Source: Opitutaceae bacterium
GTDB taxonomy: Bacteria; Verrucomicrobiota; Verrucomicrobiia; Opitutales; Coraliomargaritaceae
Assembly (NCBI GenBank): GCA_051252375.1
Contig: JBPOFY010000014.1
Coordinates: 1 to 61,466, forward strand
Reading direction: 5' to 3'
Length of the DNA stretch: 61,466 nucleotides
Below are positions 40,495 through 53,179 of the stretch, in pieces; the first letter of the stretch is position 1; every line of letters starts with the position of its first letter. Made by a program: the position numbers and the translations under genes. The notes beneath the pieces are model-generated. The model had not been told where the DNA came from. It ran no database searches and saw only the letters and a list, made by a program, of their open reading frames with translations.

Positions 40495-43400
40495 TTAGCG
40501 GTTAAGGAACAATGGACTAGAAATGACGGAATTCAACAAGGCCTGCATCTTTCCACCATTCGCCTGGGACTGGGCGACAATAGCAGTGACCTCTTCTTCA
40601 TCGGCAAAGGTAAGTGAGCGGCCGAGTGAGTAACTTAGCAGGTGCTTAACGACGGAGCGGATCACGTCCTCCTCACGCTCGGAAGCGAGATAGTTTTTCA
40701 GATCTGCGATCCCGTTTAGCTTACGACCATTCTCAAGCTCAGAATCGGTCACAAAATCAACTTCGAAGAAACGACCATCCGGATCTTGCTTGCGCACGCG
40801 GTTACGAAGCAAACCAACCGCATCGTAGCCTTCAAAAGCCACGCCCCATGGGTCGATCTTCTTGTGGCAATCACGGCAGGAGTCGTTGTTACGGTGAATC
40901 TCAAGCTGCTCCTTCATCGAGAGCTTAATCAAGTCGGGATTCTCTGTGTCAATCTGCGGCACGTTCGGCGGTGCGGGAGGTGGCGGATCATCGAGTATCT
41001 TTTCGATCAACCACACGCCGCGCTTGATCGGATGCGAATCACTTCCGGAGGAATGCCCGGCAAGGAAACTACCTTGCGAGAGAAGCCCGCCACGTTGCTC
41101 GCTACGATCGACCGAGACAGGTCTAAACGCGGTGCCTTTAACCCCCGGAATGCCGTAGAACTGGGATAGGTTTTGATTCACCATAACGAAGTCGGAATCG
41201 ATAAAGTTTACCACAGGCAGATCCTTGATCAAAACTTCGCGCACGAAGTGGAGGGTCTCTTGCACCATGTCGCTTTTCACGAAGCGATTGAATTTAGGAT
41301 AGAGATCAATATTGATTTCCACACGGTCAAGACTAGCCACATCAAGCCACTGCGAGGTAAAGCTTTCAATGAAGGACCACGCGCGCTCATCTTGTAGCAT
41401 CCGCGCGACTTGCGCCTCGAGCTCGTCAAGAAGCTTACCGTTGGCAGCGAGGTAAAAGAGCTCGTCGTCAGGCATACTGTTCCAGAGGAAATACGACAAA
41501 CGCGAAGCGAGCTCGAAATCGCTCAAGGCTCCAGCCTCTTGATCAGGCTCAACAAGATAGAGAAAGTTCGGTGAGCAAAGAACGACGATCAGTGACTCTT
41601 GTATGCTGTGCTCGAACGAATCGGCAGTGGCATAAGTCTCTTTCCAGAACTTCCAGATGCGGTCGACCTCCGCGTCAGTCGCCCGACGGCGGTAGGCCTT
41701 GCTCATGAAGTAGCTAAAGATCTCGCGTGCATAGACCGCAGGGTTGCCCTTGTTTGCGGAGTCGATGAATATCGCGTTATGACTCTTGGTCGGCCACGTC
41801 TCCAGATAAGGACCTTCAAACTCAATCGAGTGGATAATGATTGGGTTGGATTGATCTTTAGCATTTGCAGCAAAGGCATCATTCCAAAGTCCCATCACCG
41901 CCATATTCGCTAAGCTGGTTTTGTCGTTTTGATCGATTACCGGAAGCGGCAGATTTTCGAGACGGCCGCGAAACTCAAGAATTCCACGCTCACCGATCGG
42001 TGCTTTAAGCGGCTTCGAATCATCAAAGGTCCGGTATTCCATACCGTCATCGGTGCGACTACCCATGAAAGCTCGGACGTAAGGATACACACTCGAATCC
42101 GCTCGCATTTCGCCGCCGGTCTCGAACGCGACCTCGATTTCCGGTGTCGATTCAACAGGCGTGAGAACGAGATGACTGATATGCGGAATCGGGCCATTAT
42201 CGCGCTTAAACTGAATACTGTGCTCACCCTTCCCTAGACGAACCATGCCTACCGAATGGCTTTTCATGTCCTCCATCATCCAGCCATTTGTCACCTCGCC
42301 AAGCACATCATCCAACTTGTCGTTATTGATCGTAATATCTACAGGACGGGGATCGGCTGAGGCATACACTATATCTAATTGGTAAACCGCCATTTTGCTT
42401 GTCGTCTCGAAACGATAAATCGCTCTGGGGACGCCTTGCCCTTTATTATGATCGTAGCGCACAAAGCCCGGTTCGATTATAATGCGATAGTCTTCAAAAG
42501 GCTTAGTGGCATCGAGCACGATCGCTTTCCGGTCGGTGACGAGTTTTTGACCAAAAGTATATTTCACCAACGGCTTCTGATCGGCATAAGCGACCAAACT
42601 TGAAGACATTGTGATCGTCTCTGGGCGGGACGCCTCCACTCGCATGACAAAATCACCTTCGGTGGGAAAGTCGCGCATCACAACTTTCAGATTGGGCGAA
42701 GGTCCGTGCCACTTACTCGCATCCTTCTCGACGTGTGGTAATGCGGCGGTCATCGACATGCCATCTTCCAACACAGAATAGCGGTTATTCGCAGAACCGC
42801 GCATATCGAGATAGAAGACATCGTCGATGGTCTGATTCTTTTTACTGAGATTATAAGGCGAGCTGACTCCAAACTTGAACGCCTTCGCGTCGAAGGGCTT
42901 TCCCGCTATCGGCATCGGTGCCGTAATGAAATCCTTGTATGGAATCGAAGCGGATTTATAGCCTAAGCCGAACTTGCCGCTTTTATCCCGAATATCTTTA
43001 CCGATACTTACTTTAAAGTGATGAATCTCTGGCGGCTTCTCAGTAACGATCACTTTAGAAAGCGCCTCGCGTGCGATCTGAATGTAATACTCCACTTGCA
43101 GAGAAGACATCCCGAGCACCTCGCCATTGTTCTGGAAACCTTCTTCAGAAAGCGGTTCTGGAGGGAGATGCTTTCCGAACTCAACATCGATACCGAGGAG
43201 CTCCTGGAGTGTATTGGTATATTGATCTCTGTTGAGGCGACGAATGACCGGCGCAACATTGCCCTTCCTCAGTTCCTTGGCTTTATACAGCTCGTCGGTC
43301 AACCAGTTCACCATCATGCGGCGCTCTTCTACTGTAGGTTGGATTTCGTCTTCCTCCGGCATTTCACCAGTATTGATCGCATCCAGAATATGCGCCCACT

Positions 43401-44586
43401 CATCACCATCGTGACCGTTGGTCATGTCGGGATCTAGGTTATCAACGCGCACTTCTGCTTTCTGCTTCTTGGGACCGTGGCAACGTATGCAGTATGTTTC
43501 AAAGAGCGGCTTCACTTGAGTGATGTAGTCGAGATCACTACCGATATCCGTGCTGGCTAAAAAAACTTTAGGCGCTGCGGGTTCGGTCGCTGCTTCGACT
43601 GCGGACTCTACCACCTTCGCGGGCTCCTCAACTTCCTCTGCAGATTCCACGGCAACCGCAGGCGAGGCTTCACCACCAAGTATAGCACCCTCGGTCACCC
43701 AATGTATGACTTGTAAAATCTCCGCATCCGTCAACTCGGATTTGCCCTCCGGTGGCATCGCATCGTCGTGATTGCGCGGCAATGTAATCAACTCAACCAA
43801 GAAACTCTCCATCGGTTTACCGGGAACGATCGCGGGTAAACCACTTCCACCACCAGCAAACAAACTTGCGGGATCATCCATGCGATAATCAGCCTTCTGC
43901 TTTTCAGGACCATGACACTTAAAGCAATTGGCTTCGAATATCTCCATGATAGAGAATGCCTCTGCAGATTCCTCCGCGAGAACGACCTCGGCATCCACTT
44001 CAGGCGCTTCCTCGGCAGCCCCCGGAAACCAATCCGGCGCATACTTTGTTAAATAAGTTGTTCCGTGTGTGAGTGAGCCACCATGGTGACCAGCCAGCAC
44101 CATAAAGACACCAGCCACCGCGAGAGCGAGTAATGAGCCGATACCATAAATGTCCCGCCCCGCACGTAAGCCACGGACGCGTAGCAAGGTCGCCAACAAT
44201 ATAGCCACGGCAAAAACTGTGCCCTGCATCTTATGCTCCCAGAGCAGTTCCGCATCGAAGCCACCTTCACTCGCCAAACAAAAACCGGCAGCCGCAGCCA
44301 ATGCACCACTCAAAGCCGTCAGCCCGAGCAACATGTCGGTAGCCACCGCGGATGCCTCTTTCTTGGAAAAGGTATTGATCAGAAAGACAAAAAGGAAACC
44401 GGTAAAAATACCGATGGGCAGGTGCAAGATAACCGGGTGAAAACGCCCGAGAAAGAGAACCCAGTCTCCACTATCAGACGCCCACTGCCCTAGCCCAAAG
44501 CCAGCTGCCAGTAGCAAAGTCGATACCACCAAGATACCATTTAAAAGAAAAGTGCTTCGTCCGTTTTGCTTCATGGTATCCATCAA
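40495..44586 (-). CDS. Membrane domain + two planctomycete-type cytochrome c domains + DUF1587/1595/1592/1588/1585 module
   Basis: GRFHP..LHLPIG, GHHGGSLTHG; CFKCH, CIRCH, CRDCH; RRLNRDQY.NT, LASRLSYFLW.SMPD, HPIKRG.W. Confidence 0.88.
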   Translation of the reverse strand: MMDTMKQNGRSTFLLNGILVVSTLLLAAGFGLGQWASDSGDWVLFLGRFHPVILHLPIGIFTGFLFVFLINTFSKKEASAVATDMLLGLTALSGALAAAAGFCLASEGGFDAELLWEHKMQGTVFAVAILLATLLRVRGLRAGRDIYGIGSLLALAVAGVFMVLAGHHGGSLTHGTTYLTKYAPDWFPGAAEEAPEVDAEVVLAEESAEAFSIMEIFEANCFKCHGPEKQKADYRMDDPASLFAGGGSGLPAIVPGKPMESFLVELITLPRNHDDAMPPEGKSELTDAEILQVIHWVTEGAILGGEASPAVAVESAEEVEEPAKVVESAVEAATEPAAPKVFLASTDIGSDLDYITQVKPLFETYCIRCHGPKKQKAEVRVDNLDPDMTNGHDGDEWAHILDAINTGEMPEEDEIQPTVEERRMMVNWLTDELYKAKELRKGNVAPVIRRLNRDQYTNTLQELLGIDVEFGKHLPPEPLSEEGFQNNGEVLGMSSLQVEYYIQIAREALSKVIVTEKPPEIHHFKVSIGKDIRDKSGKFGLGYKSASIPYKDFITAPMPIAGKPFDAKAFKFGVSSPYNLSKKNQTIDDVFYLDMRGSANNRYSVLEDGMSMTAALPHVEKDASKWHGPSPNLKVVMRDFPTEGDFVMRVEASRPETITMSSSLVAYADQKPLVKYTFGQKLVTDRKAIVLDATKPFEDYRIIIEPGFVRYDHNKGQGVPRAIYRFETTSKMAVYQLDIVYASADPRPVDITINNDKLDDVLGEVTNGWMMEDMKSHSVGMVRLGKGEHSIQFKRDNGPIPHISHLVLTPVESTPEIEVAFETGGEMRADSSVYPYVRAFMGSRTDDGMEYRTFDDSKPLKAPIGERGILEFRGRLENLPLPVIDQNDKTSLANMAVMGLWNDAFAANAKDQSNPIIIHSIEFEGPYLETWPTKSHNAIFIDSANKGNPAVYAREIFSYFMSKAYRRRATDAEVDRIWKFWKETYATADSFEHSIQESLIVVLCSPNFLYLVEPDQEAGALSDFELASRLSYFLWNSMPDDELFYLAANGKLLDELEAQVARMLQDERAWSFIESFTSQWLDVASLDRVEINIDLYPKFNRFVKSDMVQETLHFVREVLIKDLPVVNFIDSDFVMVNQNLSQFYGIPGVKGTAFRPVSVDRSEQRGGLLSQGSFLAGHSSGSDSHPIKRGVWLIEKILDDPPPPAPPNVPQIDTENPDLIKLSMKEQLEIHRNNDSCRDCHKKIDPWGVAFEGYDAVGLLRNRVRKQDPDGRFFEVDFVTDSELENGRKLNGIADLKNYLASEREEDVIRSVVKHLLSYSLGRSLTFADEEEVTAIVAQSQANGGKMQALLNSVISSPLFLNR

Positions 44587-45785
44587 CCAGGGAAACAGGA
44601 TGGTCCTGCGGCTCCTTCAAAGTGCTTATAAGTGAGAACAAATTCCTGATGCCCTAAAGCTTCAGAACAAGTCGGCTGCCCTTCGGCAACTTTCATAGTG
44701 TAATCATGAATTTCCTCACCAACCTCGGCAAGACTGCTCACGCCTTCGAGAATTCGTCCGGCGTTGATATCCATATCGTCAGACATGTGCCGGTAAGTTT
44801 CCGGATTCGCGCAGACTTTGACCACAGGGGAAATCACCGATCCAACAACGGATCCGCGACCGGTTGCAAAAAGTATAATATGCGAACCGCAGGCAATCAA
44901 TTCTGCGATTTCGGCATTGTCGTTGATATTAGGAAAGCCAAAGCGCACCTCTCCATCAGGCACGACATCGAGTAGATAGAGACCGCCTTCACTCGGTTGA
45001 TCGCCCGGCTTAATGATGCCGCTAATCGCCGAGCTACCACTCTTGGCATAGGCGCCGAGCGACTTTTCTTCCTGCGTTGTCAGACCGCCATCGGCATTGC
45101 CTGGCGCGAAACTACCGTGCCCCATCACATCATAATAGCGCGCAGCTTTGCCCACACATTCCACAATTGCAGCGCCGAGCTCTGGGCTAGTCGCGCGATC
45201 GCGCATGATAGGTTCGCAACCGATCAACTCGCCGGTCTCTTCAAAAATCGTGATTCCACCCGCTGCCACATGGGTGTCAAAGCAATGACCAATCGCAGGG
45301 TTCGCGGTGATGCCGCTAGTCGCATCGGAACCGCCACAAATCGTGCCTATAATCACCTCGCTCGGATCCATTGCGACGCGCGGCGTTTTCTCCATCTCGG
45401 TCAACATCGCTTCCACGGCTTGTCGACCCGCTTCGATAGTCTTACGGGTCCCGCCGACTTGTTGAATGCCGAGAACATCCACCGGTCGACCGCTTTCAGC
45501 GATCGCATTCTTAAGAGAATGACGGTCAAAGCCTTCGCAACCAAGCGATAACAGCAATGCCCCGCCCACATTCGAATGCGTGCAGAGTCGCTGCAGCATC
45601 TTTTGCGAATATGCATTGGGATAGCAGCCACTGAAACCAATCAGCTGCACCCCTTGCTCGCGATAAGGCGCGACGATTTGCTCTGCCACGTGCTTAGCGC
45701 ACTCGACGAGATAAACCACGGTCAAAATGTTACGGATGCCTTTACGACCATCCGGTCGAAGATATGCATTGATCGATTTATGCAT
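44583..45785 (-). CDS. UxaA/GarD-family sugar-acid dehydratase, large subunit
   Basis: DGRKGIRN, LGCE, CGGSD.TSG..ANP, EEKSLG, TGRG. Confidence 0.9.
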   Translation of the reverse strand: MHKSINAYLRPDGRKGIRNILTVVYLVECAKHVAEQIVAPYREQGVQLIGFSGCYPNAYSQKMLQRLCTHSNVGGALLLSLGCEGFDRHSLKNAIAESGRPVDVLGIQQVGGTRKTIEAGRQAVEAMLTEMEKTPRVAMDPSEVIIGTICGGSDATSGITANPAIGHCFDTHVAAGGITIFEETGELIGCEPIMRDRATSPELGAAIVECVGKAARYYDVMGHGSFAPGNADGGLTTQEEKSLGAYAKSGSSAISGIIKPGDQPSEGGLYLLDVVPDGEVRFGFPNINDNAEIAELIACGSHIILFATGRGSVVGSVISPVVKVCANPETYRHMSDDMDINAGRILEGVSSLAEVGEEIHDYTMKVAEGQPTCSEALGHQEFVLTYKHFEGAAGPSCFPG

Positions 45786-46083
45786 AACGGCGGTCTTCAT
45801 CTAAAGTGAAAGTGTGGGTGTATTCGCTTTCCAAATTATGCAAATGCACATGGTCACCTGGCTCAATCGACTGCGACGCAATGCCGATCGACATACCGTA
45901 TTTGAGAACCTTCGCCCCCTTCTCGATAGCGCAGGCCGCGATCTTATGCCCCAAGCAGAGCTCGCAATCGAAACGATAACTCGTCTCGCCAATCGCCAAG
46001 GCTTCGCCGACGGGCAGCGTCCGTATCAAAACGTATACATTATCATCTGGGTGCAGATGAATAAAGGGTGGGGAATTCTTCAT
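45778..46083 (-). CDS. UxaA-family SAF-domain small subunit
   Basis: DNV, GHKIA, KYG..IG.A, G.HVHLHN. Confidence 0.9.
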   Translation of the reverse strand: MKNSPPFIHLHPDDNVYVLIRTLPVGEALAIGETSYRFDCELCLGHKIAACAIEKGAKVLKYGMSIGIASQSIEPGDHVHLHNLESEYTHTFTLDEDRRYA

Positions 46084-46242
46084 TGGTAGTCAGTGGGGTG
46101 AGCTTTAATTGATTTACGATAAAAATTATCATTTACAATAAAGCAAACCATATTGCTCTAGATTGTCTCATAGCTCGAGCCCGCCCACGATCACGCAATA
46201 ACACGATACTTCGATGGACATTTCAAAGGCATCATTCAGGGT

Positions 46243-47283
46243 ATGCCCTACCCCATGATCACTCACCACTGCCGCCTCCGCCCCATCAGCCTTGCTGTCC
46301 TGCTCTTCGCTTGCATTCAACTGCAAGCCAGCCAGCCGACTGTGAAGACCATGCAAGCTGCCGCCACGGCGTTTCTAAACGAACTCTCGCCCGAGCTTCG
46401 AGCACAGGCTAGCTATCCACTCGATGCAGATGAGCGCACAAACTGGCACTTCGTCCCGAAGGAACGCAACGGAGTCAGCCTCGCCCAACTCAATGACGCC
46501 CAAGAAGCCAAACTCACCGATCTACTGGCAGCGAGTCTTAGCGATAGCGGCTACCAAAAAGCGGCCAACATACAAGACCTCGAATCCGTGCTCTTCATGC
46601 TCGAAGGAAAAGCTTTTCGCGATCCAGAGCGCTACCACGCCACCATCTTTGGCGATCCGGCAAAAGACGCCAACTGGGCTTGGCGCTTCGAAGGGCACCA
46701 CCTTTCACTCAACTATACCATCGCCGACGGCCAACTAATCACCGTCACCCCCAACTTCTGGGGAGCCAATCCCGCCACAGTTCCATCAGGTCCACGCAAA
46801 GGGCTCCGCACTTTGCAAAATGAAGAAGCACTGGCACGCGCGCTGATACAATCGCTCAACACCGAACAACAGAAGAGCGCCATTTTCACAAACAAGGCAC
46901 CGAAGGACATCCACACCAGAGCCAAAAAAGAAATCACCCCACTCGATCCAGTCGGCATACGCCTCGACCAACTGAATGCCGAACAAGCCGCCGCCTTACA
47001 CAAAACCATCCAAGTCTACTTGGGCAATATGCCAGCAGATATTGCCCGCGAACGTTGGACAAAGATACAAGCCGCTGACATGGACTCCATCCGCTTCGCA
47101 TGGGCTGGCTCGACGGAACCCGGAGAACCGCACTACTACCGCATCCAAGGTCCCACTTTCCTAATCGAATACGACAACGTCCAAAATAAGGCCAACCACA
47201 TCCACACAGTCTGGCGCGATTTCAAAGGCGACTTCGGCCGCGACATCTTAAGCGAGCACAAGCTGAGCCACTCGCACGAGTAG
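46243..47283 (+). CDS. DUF3500 domain protein, secreted
   Basis: NWHFVP, WRFEGHHLSLN, YYRIQGP, NHIHTVWRD. Confidence 0.88.
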   Translation: MPYPMITHHCRLRPISLAVLLFACIQLQASQPTVKTMQAAATAFLNELSPELRAQASYPLDADERTNWHFVPKERNGVSLAQLNDAQEAKLTDLLAASLSDSGYQKAANIQDLESVLFMLEGKAFRDPERYHATIFGDPAKDANWAWRFEGHHLSLNYTIADGQLITVTPNFWGANPATVPSGPRKGLRTLQNEEALARALIQSLNTEQQKSAIFTNKAPKDIHTRAKKEITPLDPVGIRLDQLNAEQAAALHKTIQVYLGNMPADIARERWTKIQAADMDSIRFAWAGSTEPGEPHYYRIQGPTFLIEYDNVQNKANHIHTVWRDFKGDFGRDILSEHKLSHSHE

Positions 47284-47307
47284 GCAGTTGAGCTAAAGCA
47301 AAGCAAT

Positions 47308-47545
47308 TGTAGCCACGTCACTCTGTGACGTGAACCTGTGGAAGGCATGACGTGTAACCAAGAAGAACACGGCAGAGACTGCCGTGGCTACAGCACCGCC
47401 ATAACTTCACTTACATCATATGGTAGGGCGTGCTCTCCGAGCGCGCCGTTCGGCTAATTCGATCAACACGTCTAAACTGTAATGGATGGAGTGCGAGCCC
47501 GACCTTTCACGCCGACAGAAACACGGCAGAGACTGCCGTGGCTAC
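47308..47545. repeat. REP cluster: mixed GTAGCCACG doublet (47308-47394), GGTAGGGCG palindrome (47422-47448), further copy (47519-47545)
   Basis: AACACGGCAGAGACTGCCGTGGCTACA recurs here, at 55171 and (inverted) at 59296-59662. Confidence 0.85.
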
Positions 47546-47556
47546 ACCACTCTCCA

Positions 47557-47584
47557 CTTACCTCTAACCTCTAACCTCTAACCT
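47557..47584. repeat. Short heptamer repeat (TAACCTC)n
   Basis: Directly visible, abuts the stop codon of the flavoprotein gene. Confidence 0.8.
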
Positions 47585-49316
47585 AATACACATCCCGCAG
47601 GTAACGTTTCGCTTTCTTAATCGCTTCAACGTAGGCTATCGCCTCGTCTTCAGTTTTGCCGCCAGCGATTTCGACAGCCTGGTGAATCGCGGCATCCACG
47701 TCTTTCGCCATGCGACTCGCATCACCGCAGATGTAGATACACCCGCCCTCTTCGAGCCATGCGTAAAACTCCTCGGCGTGCTCCACGATGCGGTTTTGCA
47801 CGTAGATCTTTTCTTCTTGGTCGCGAGAAAACGCAGTGTCGAAGCGTGTGAGTAAACCACTCTTCTGCCATGCAGTGATTTGCTCTTCGTAGAGGAAATC
47901 CGTGGCTTGGTGTTGATCGCCAAACAGTAACCAGTTCTTGCCTTTGGCGCCACGCATCTCGCGCTCTTCCAAGAATGCGCGGAATGGAGCAATGCCAGTT
48001 CCTGGTCCGATCATAATCGCGGGGGCGTCGTTGTTTTCCGCCAGACGAAAAGCCTTGTTCGAATGCATGTAAACTTTGACCGGACGATCCAATTTGTGAT
48101 CTGCAAGATAGGTTGAGCAAACTCCCAGGCGCTTACGTCCATGAGAATCGTAAGTGACTTTGCCTACAGTTAGATGCACTTCACCTGGATGCGCTTTCGG
48201 ACTGGATGAAATCGAATACAAGCGCGCATTCAGCTGTTTAAGGGGTGCGACGAGATACTCCGTAGTGGGAAACTTCACATCGAAGTCCGCGATGGGATCC
48301 ACTAGCCCACGCCCTGCGATGTAAGCCTTACGCTTAGCTTCGTCGCCCACGATTCCTTGCAACTCTGGGTTCTTAGTCAGACGACCACAGGCTAGCAAGA
48401 ATGGCTCAGTCAACACACTGACATCATAATGAAAACGAAGTGCATCAAAGAGCTGCTCATCCGGACCATGCGGCACGGGCGCTAATTCATCCGGTGTGAA
48501 ACCTGCCGCTGCGATAATCTCATCCACCAGTTTGACATTGTTCTCTGGCAACACGCCGAGCGCATCACCCACCTCATACTCGATACCGGAACCTTCCAAA
48601 GATATCTCAACATGGTGGGTGATTTTTGAAGAGCCCGCCTTGTTCAGATTCTCCGTCTTCAACAATTTCGCAGCAAATGGATTCTTCTTAGTGTAGGTCG
48701 ACGCTTCATCGGCGTCGTCCTCCACTGGAGCCGCCGGGCTCGCGCCAGCCTCCCCGAGAACCGACCGCACACCAGCAATCCACTCCGCAAATGGCTCATC
48801 GGGATCACCATCGCACTCAGCCATCGGTGCAACACGTTGTGCACCCAATGCTTCAAAACGTGCATCAATCTCCTTACTGCATTGGCAGTAATCCGGATAG
48901 GATGAATCTCCTAAACCAAGCACCGAATACTTCACTGCAGATAGATCCGGCGCACCGTCCGCCATCAGCGCTTTATGAAACGACAACGCGTTATCAGGCG
49001 GCTCGCCCTCACCGTAAGTGCTGGTGATGATCAGAACATGCTCGACCGCTTTAATATCCTCCGGAGTCACTTCGCTCATATCAATGACCTTCGGCTCACA
49101 GTTCGCAGCTTTCAGTTGCTTCGCGGCTTTTTTGCTCAGCGTTTCGGCGGTGCCGGTTTGTGATCCAAAGAGAATCGTCACTGGCGTCGCAGCGACAGGC
49201 GCAGCACCCGCGGCAGAGCCATCACTGGAATAGAGCCCGGCAAGAAAGCCATTGAGCCATGCACGTTGGTCTTCGCTAAAGGGAGCGGTTTCAGGAATGA
49301 AAGGTGAATTAGACAT
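47583..49316 (-). CDS. CysJ-like diflavin reductase (flavodoxin + FAD/NADPH domains)
   Basis: FGSQTGTAE, TSTYGEGEPP, RLYSISSS, GPGTGIAPF, YICGDA, RYLRDVY. Confidence 0.92.
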   Translation of the reverse strand: MSNSPFIPETAPFSEDQRAWLNGFLAGLYSSDGSAAGAAPVAATPVTILFGSQTGTAETLSKKAAKQLKAANCEPKVIDMSEVTPEDIKAVEHVLIITSTYGEGEPPDNALSFHKALMADGAPDLSAVKYSVLGLGDSSYPDYCQCSKEIDARFEALGAQRVAPMAECDGDPDEPFAEWIAGVRSVLGEAGASPAAPVEDDADEASTYTKKNPFAAKLLKTENLNKAGSSKITHHVEISLEGSGIEYEVGDALGVLPENNVKLVDEIIAAAGFTPDELAPVPHGPDEQLFDALRFHYDVSVLTEPFLLACGRLTKNPELQGIVGDEAKRKAYIAGRGLVDPIADFDVKFPTTEYLVAPLKQLNARLYSISSSPKAHPGEVHLTVGKVTYDSHGRKRLGVCSTYLADHKLDRPVKVYMHSNKAFRLAENNDAPAIMIGPGTGIAPFRAFLEEREMRGAKGKNWLLFGDQHQATDFLYEEQITAWQKSGLLTRFDTAFSRDQEEKIYVQNRIVEHAEEFYAWLEEGGCIYICGDASRMAKDVDAAIHQAVEIAGGKTEDEAIAYVEAIKKAKRYLRDVY

Positions 49317-49337
49317 TTTAAGATCTGGAATTAAGAA

Positions 49338-51562
<2,225 letters not shown>

Positions 51563-51566
<4 letters not shown>

Positions 51567-53116
51567 GTCATCACCCCTCCTGGCATTTTAGGTGCGGTAA
51601 CGGCTTTGAAAAAGAGCACACGCTCCAGCAATTCACCGATGAGTAAAAATGAAAAACCAGCTGCAGACAGCACCGCATTTGAGCTATCAACAATGACAAA
51701 TCCAAATGCCAAAAGCCCGAGACCTGTAAATATATACCGAGCCAACGTGAGCTTCCTTAATGGATACAACATCAACATCGCCGACTTCCGAGCAGGCGTC
51801 ATCGTCACCGCAGAGGCATCTCCCAATAAAAATGCTTCAAACACCAACTTGGTCGCAAACATCACGAACATGGGAAGCAACAGAAGAGCATTCGCTTCAG
51901 AATAATACGAAGTGATCGCGACATGCCCCGCTAGGGCGAGCCCCAACATCGAGCCGAAAAATTTCAAAGCAGTGACGCTAAACTTCCAAAATGGTCGCTG
52001 CGTATCGTGATAAATCATCACCGAACAATACACGCCAAGTAAGCCACTCAAAACCGTCGCCCACCCCAAGCCGACTTCGATTCCCTCCGGCACCAAGTCC
52101 GTGAATGCGGCAGCGGTATATCCGAAAGCAACTCCAGAGAAGGCGCCAAAGACGACAATCTCACGGCTGAGCCAAGATCGACGCAAACCGAGGAATGCCC
52201 TCCACGCTCCGAGTGGACGCCCTAAATGCGATGTCGAAGCTGCTAAACCAAATGCCATCGCAAGAAATGCAATCACCCGCGCGGTCATCGAGACAGTTGC
52301 ATCCGTGGCAAATAACCCGAGCCCATAGAATCCGACCGACAGCTGAGTCAGCACCAGCATGAAAACCAGTGGCAAATGTGCGTGTTCCGGCTTCAACGCA
52401 TACATATCGCCCGCCTCGATATCTGCAGGCATTGTGCGCTGTGTCACATACTGCGTCGTCGGCACAGTGTAGCTTGGATCTGGAGCAGTCGGTAAAAACC
52501 CAGCGCCACCTCGTGCGGCTGTCACAGTCGCCTCGGTATTCACAATGGTGATACTAATCGCCTCCGTCGGACATGCTTGCACACAGGCAGGTGCCTCGCC
52601 TTCAGCCAACCGGCTGTGGCACATGTCGCACTTGCGGACGATGCCGAGACTCTTGGAATATTTCGGCACATCATACGGGCACTTGAGTGCGCAGTATTGG
52701 CAGCCGATACATTGATCGTCCAAATGACGCACAATTCCAGTGTCGGGATCTTTCTCGTAAGCCAATACTGGACAGCCATTCAAACAAGCCGGATCGGCGC
52801 AATGATGACACGCCGTCGTCACCGTTTGCGTATAAGAAGCACCGGCAAGACCACCGCCATGAATCGTGCCGACATCCCGCCAAGTCTCATGCTCATCCAA
52901 ACCGTTCAGACTATGACAGGCAGAGACACAGGCCTTACAACCGGTGCACTTATCCAAATCGACTTTAAAGGCGTATTGCTCCCCAGCTCCGGGCTTCGAA
53001 AGAGGAATCAACTGTTTATAAAATTGTGCCTGCGCAGGCTCGCTGATCGTCGCCTCATGTTTGGCAGAAAACACACCGACAGGTGTCTGCAGCGTGCCCT
53101 GCTCCTTGAGGAGCAT
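51563..53116 (-). CDS. Fused DmsB-like polyferredoxin + DmsC/NrfD-type membrane anchor
   Basis: [47 protein letters not shown], multiple TMs. Confidence 0.9.
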
Positions 53117-53179
53117 TTCGATCGGCGAGTCTTCGACTGTGAGTGAATTGTTGATGGTTACAGTTGTTTGTTGTTTCGC

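Noticed and set aside
47583..49316. Sulfur-assimilation cysJ
   Set aside because: No cysI/cysH nearby; context is nirA and nitrate reductase, so no gene symbol assigned.
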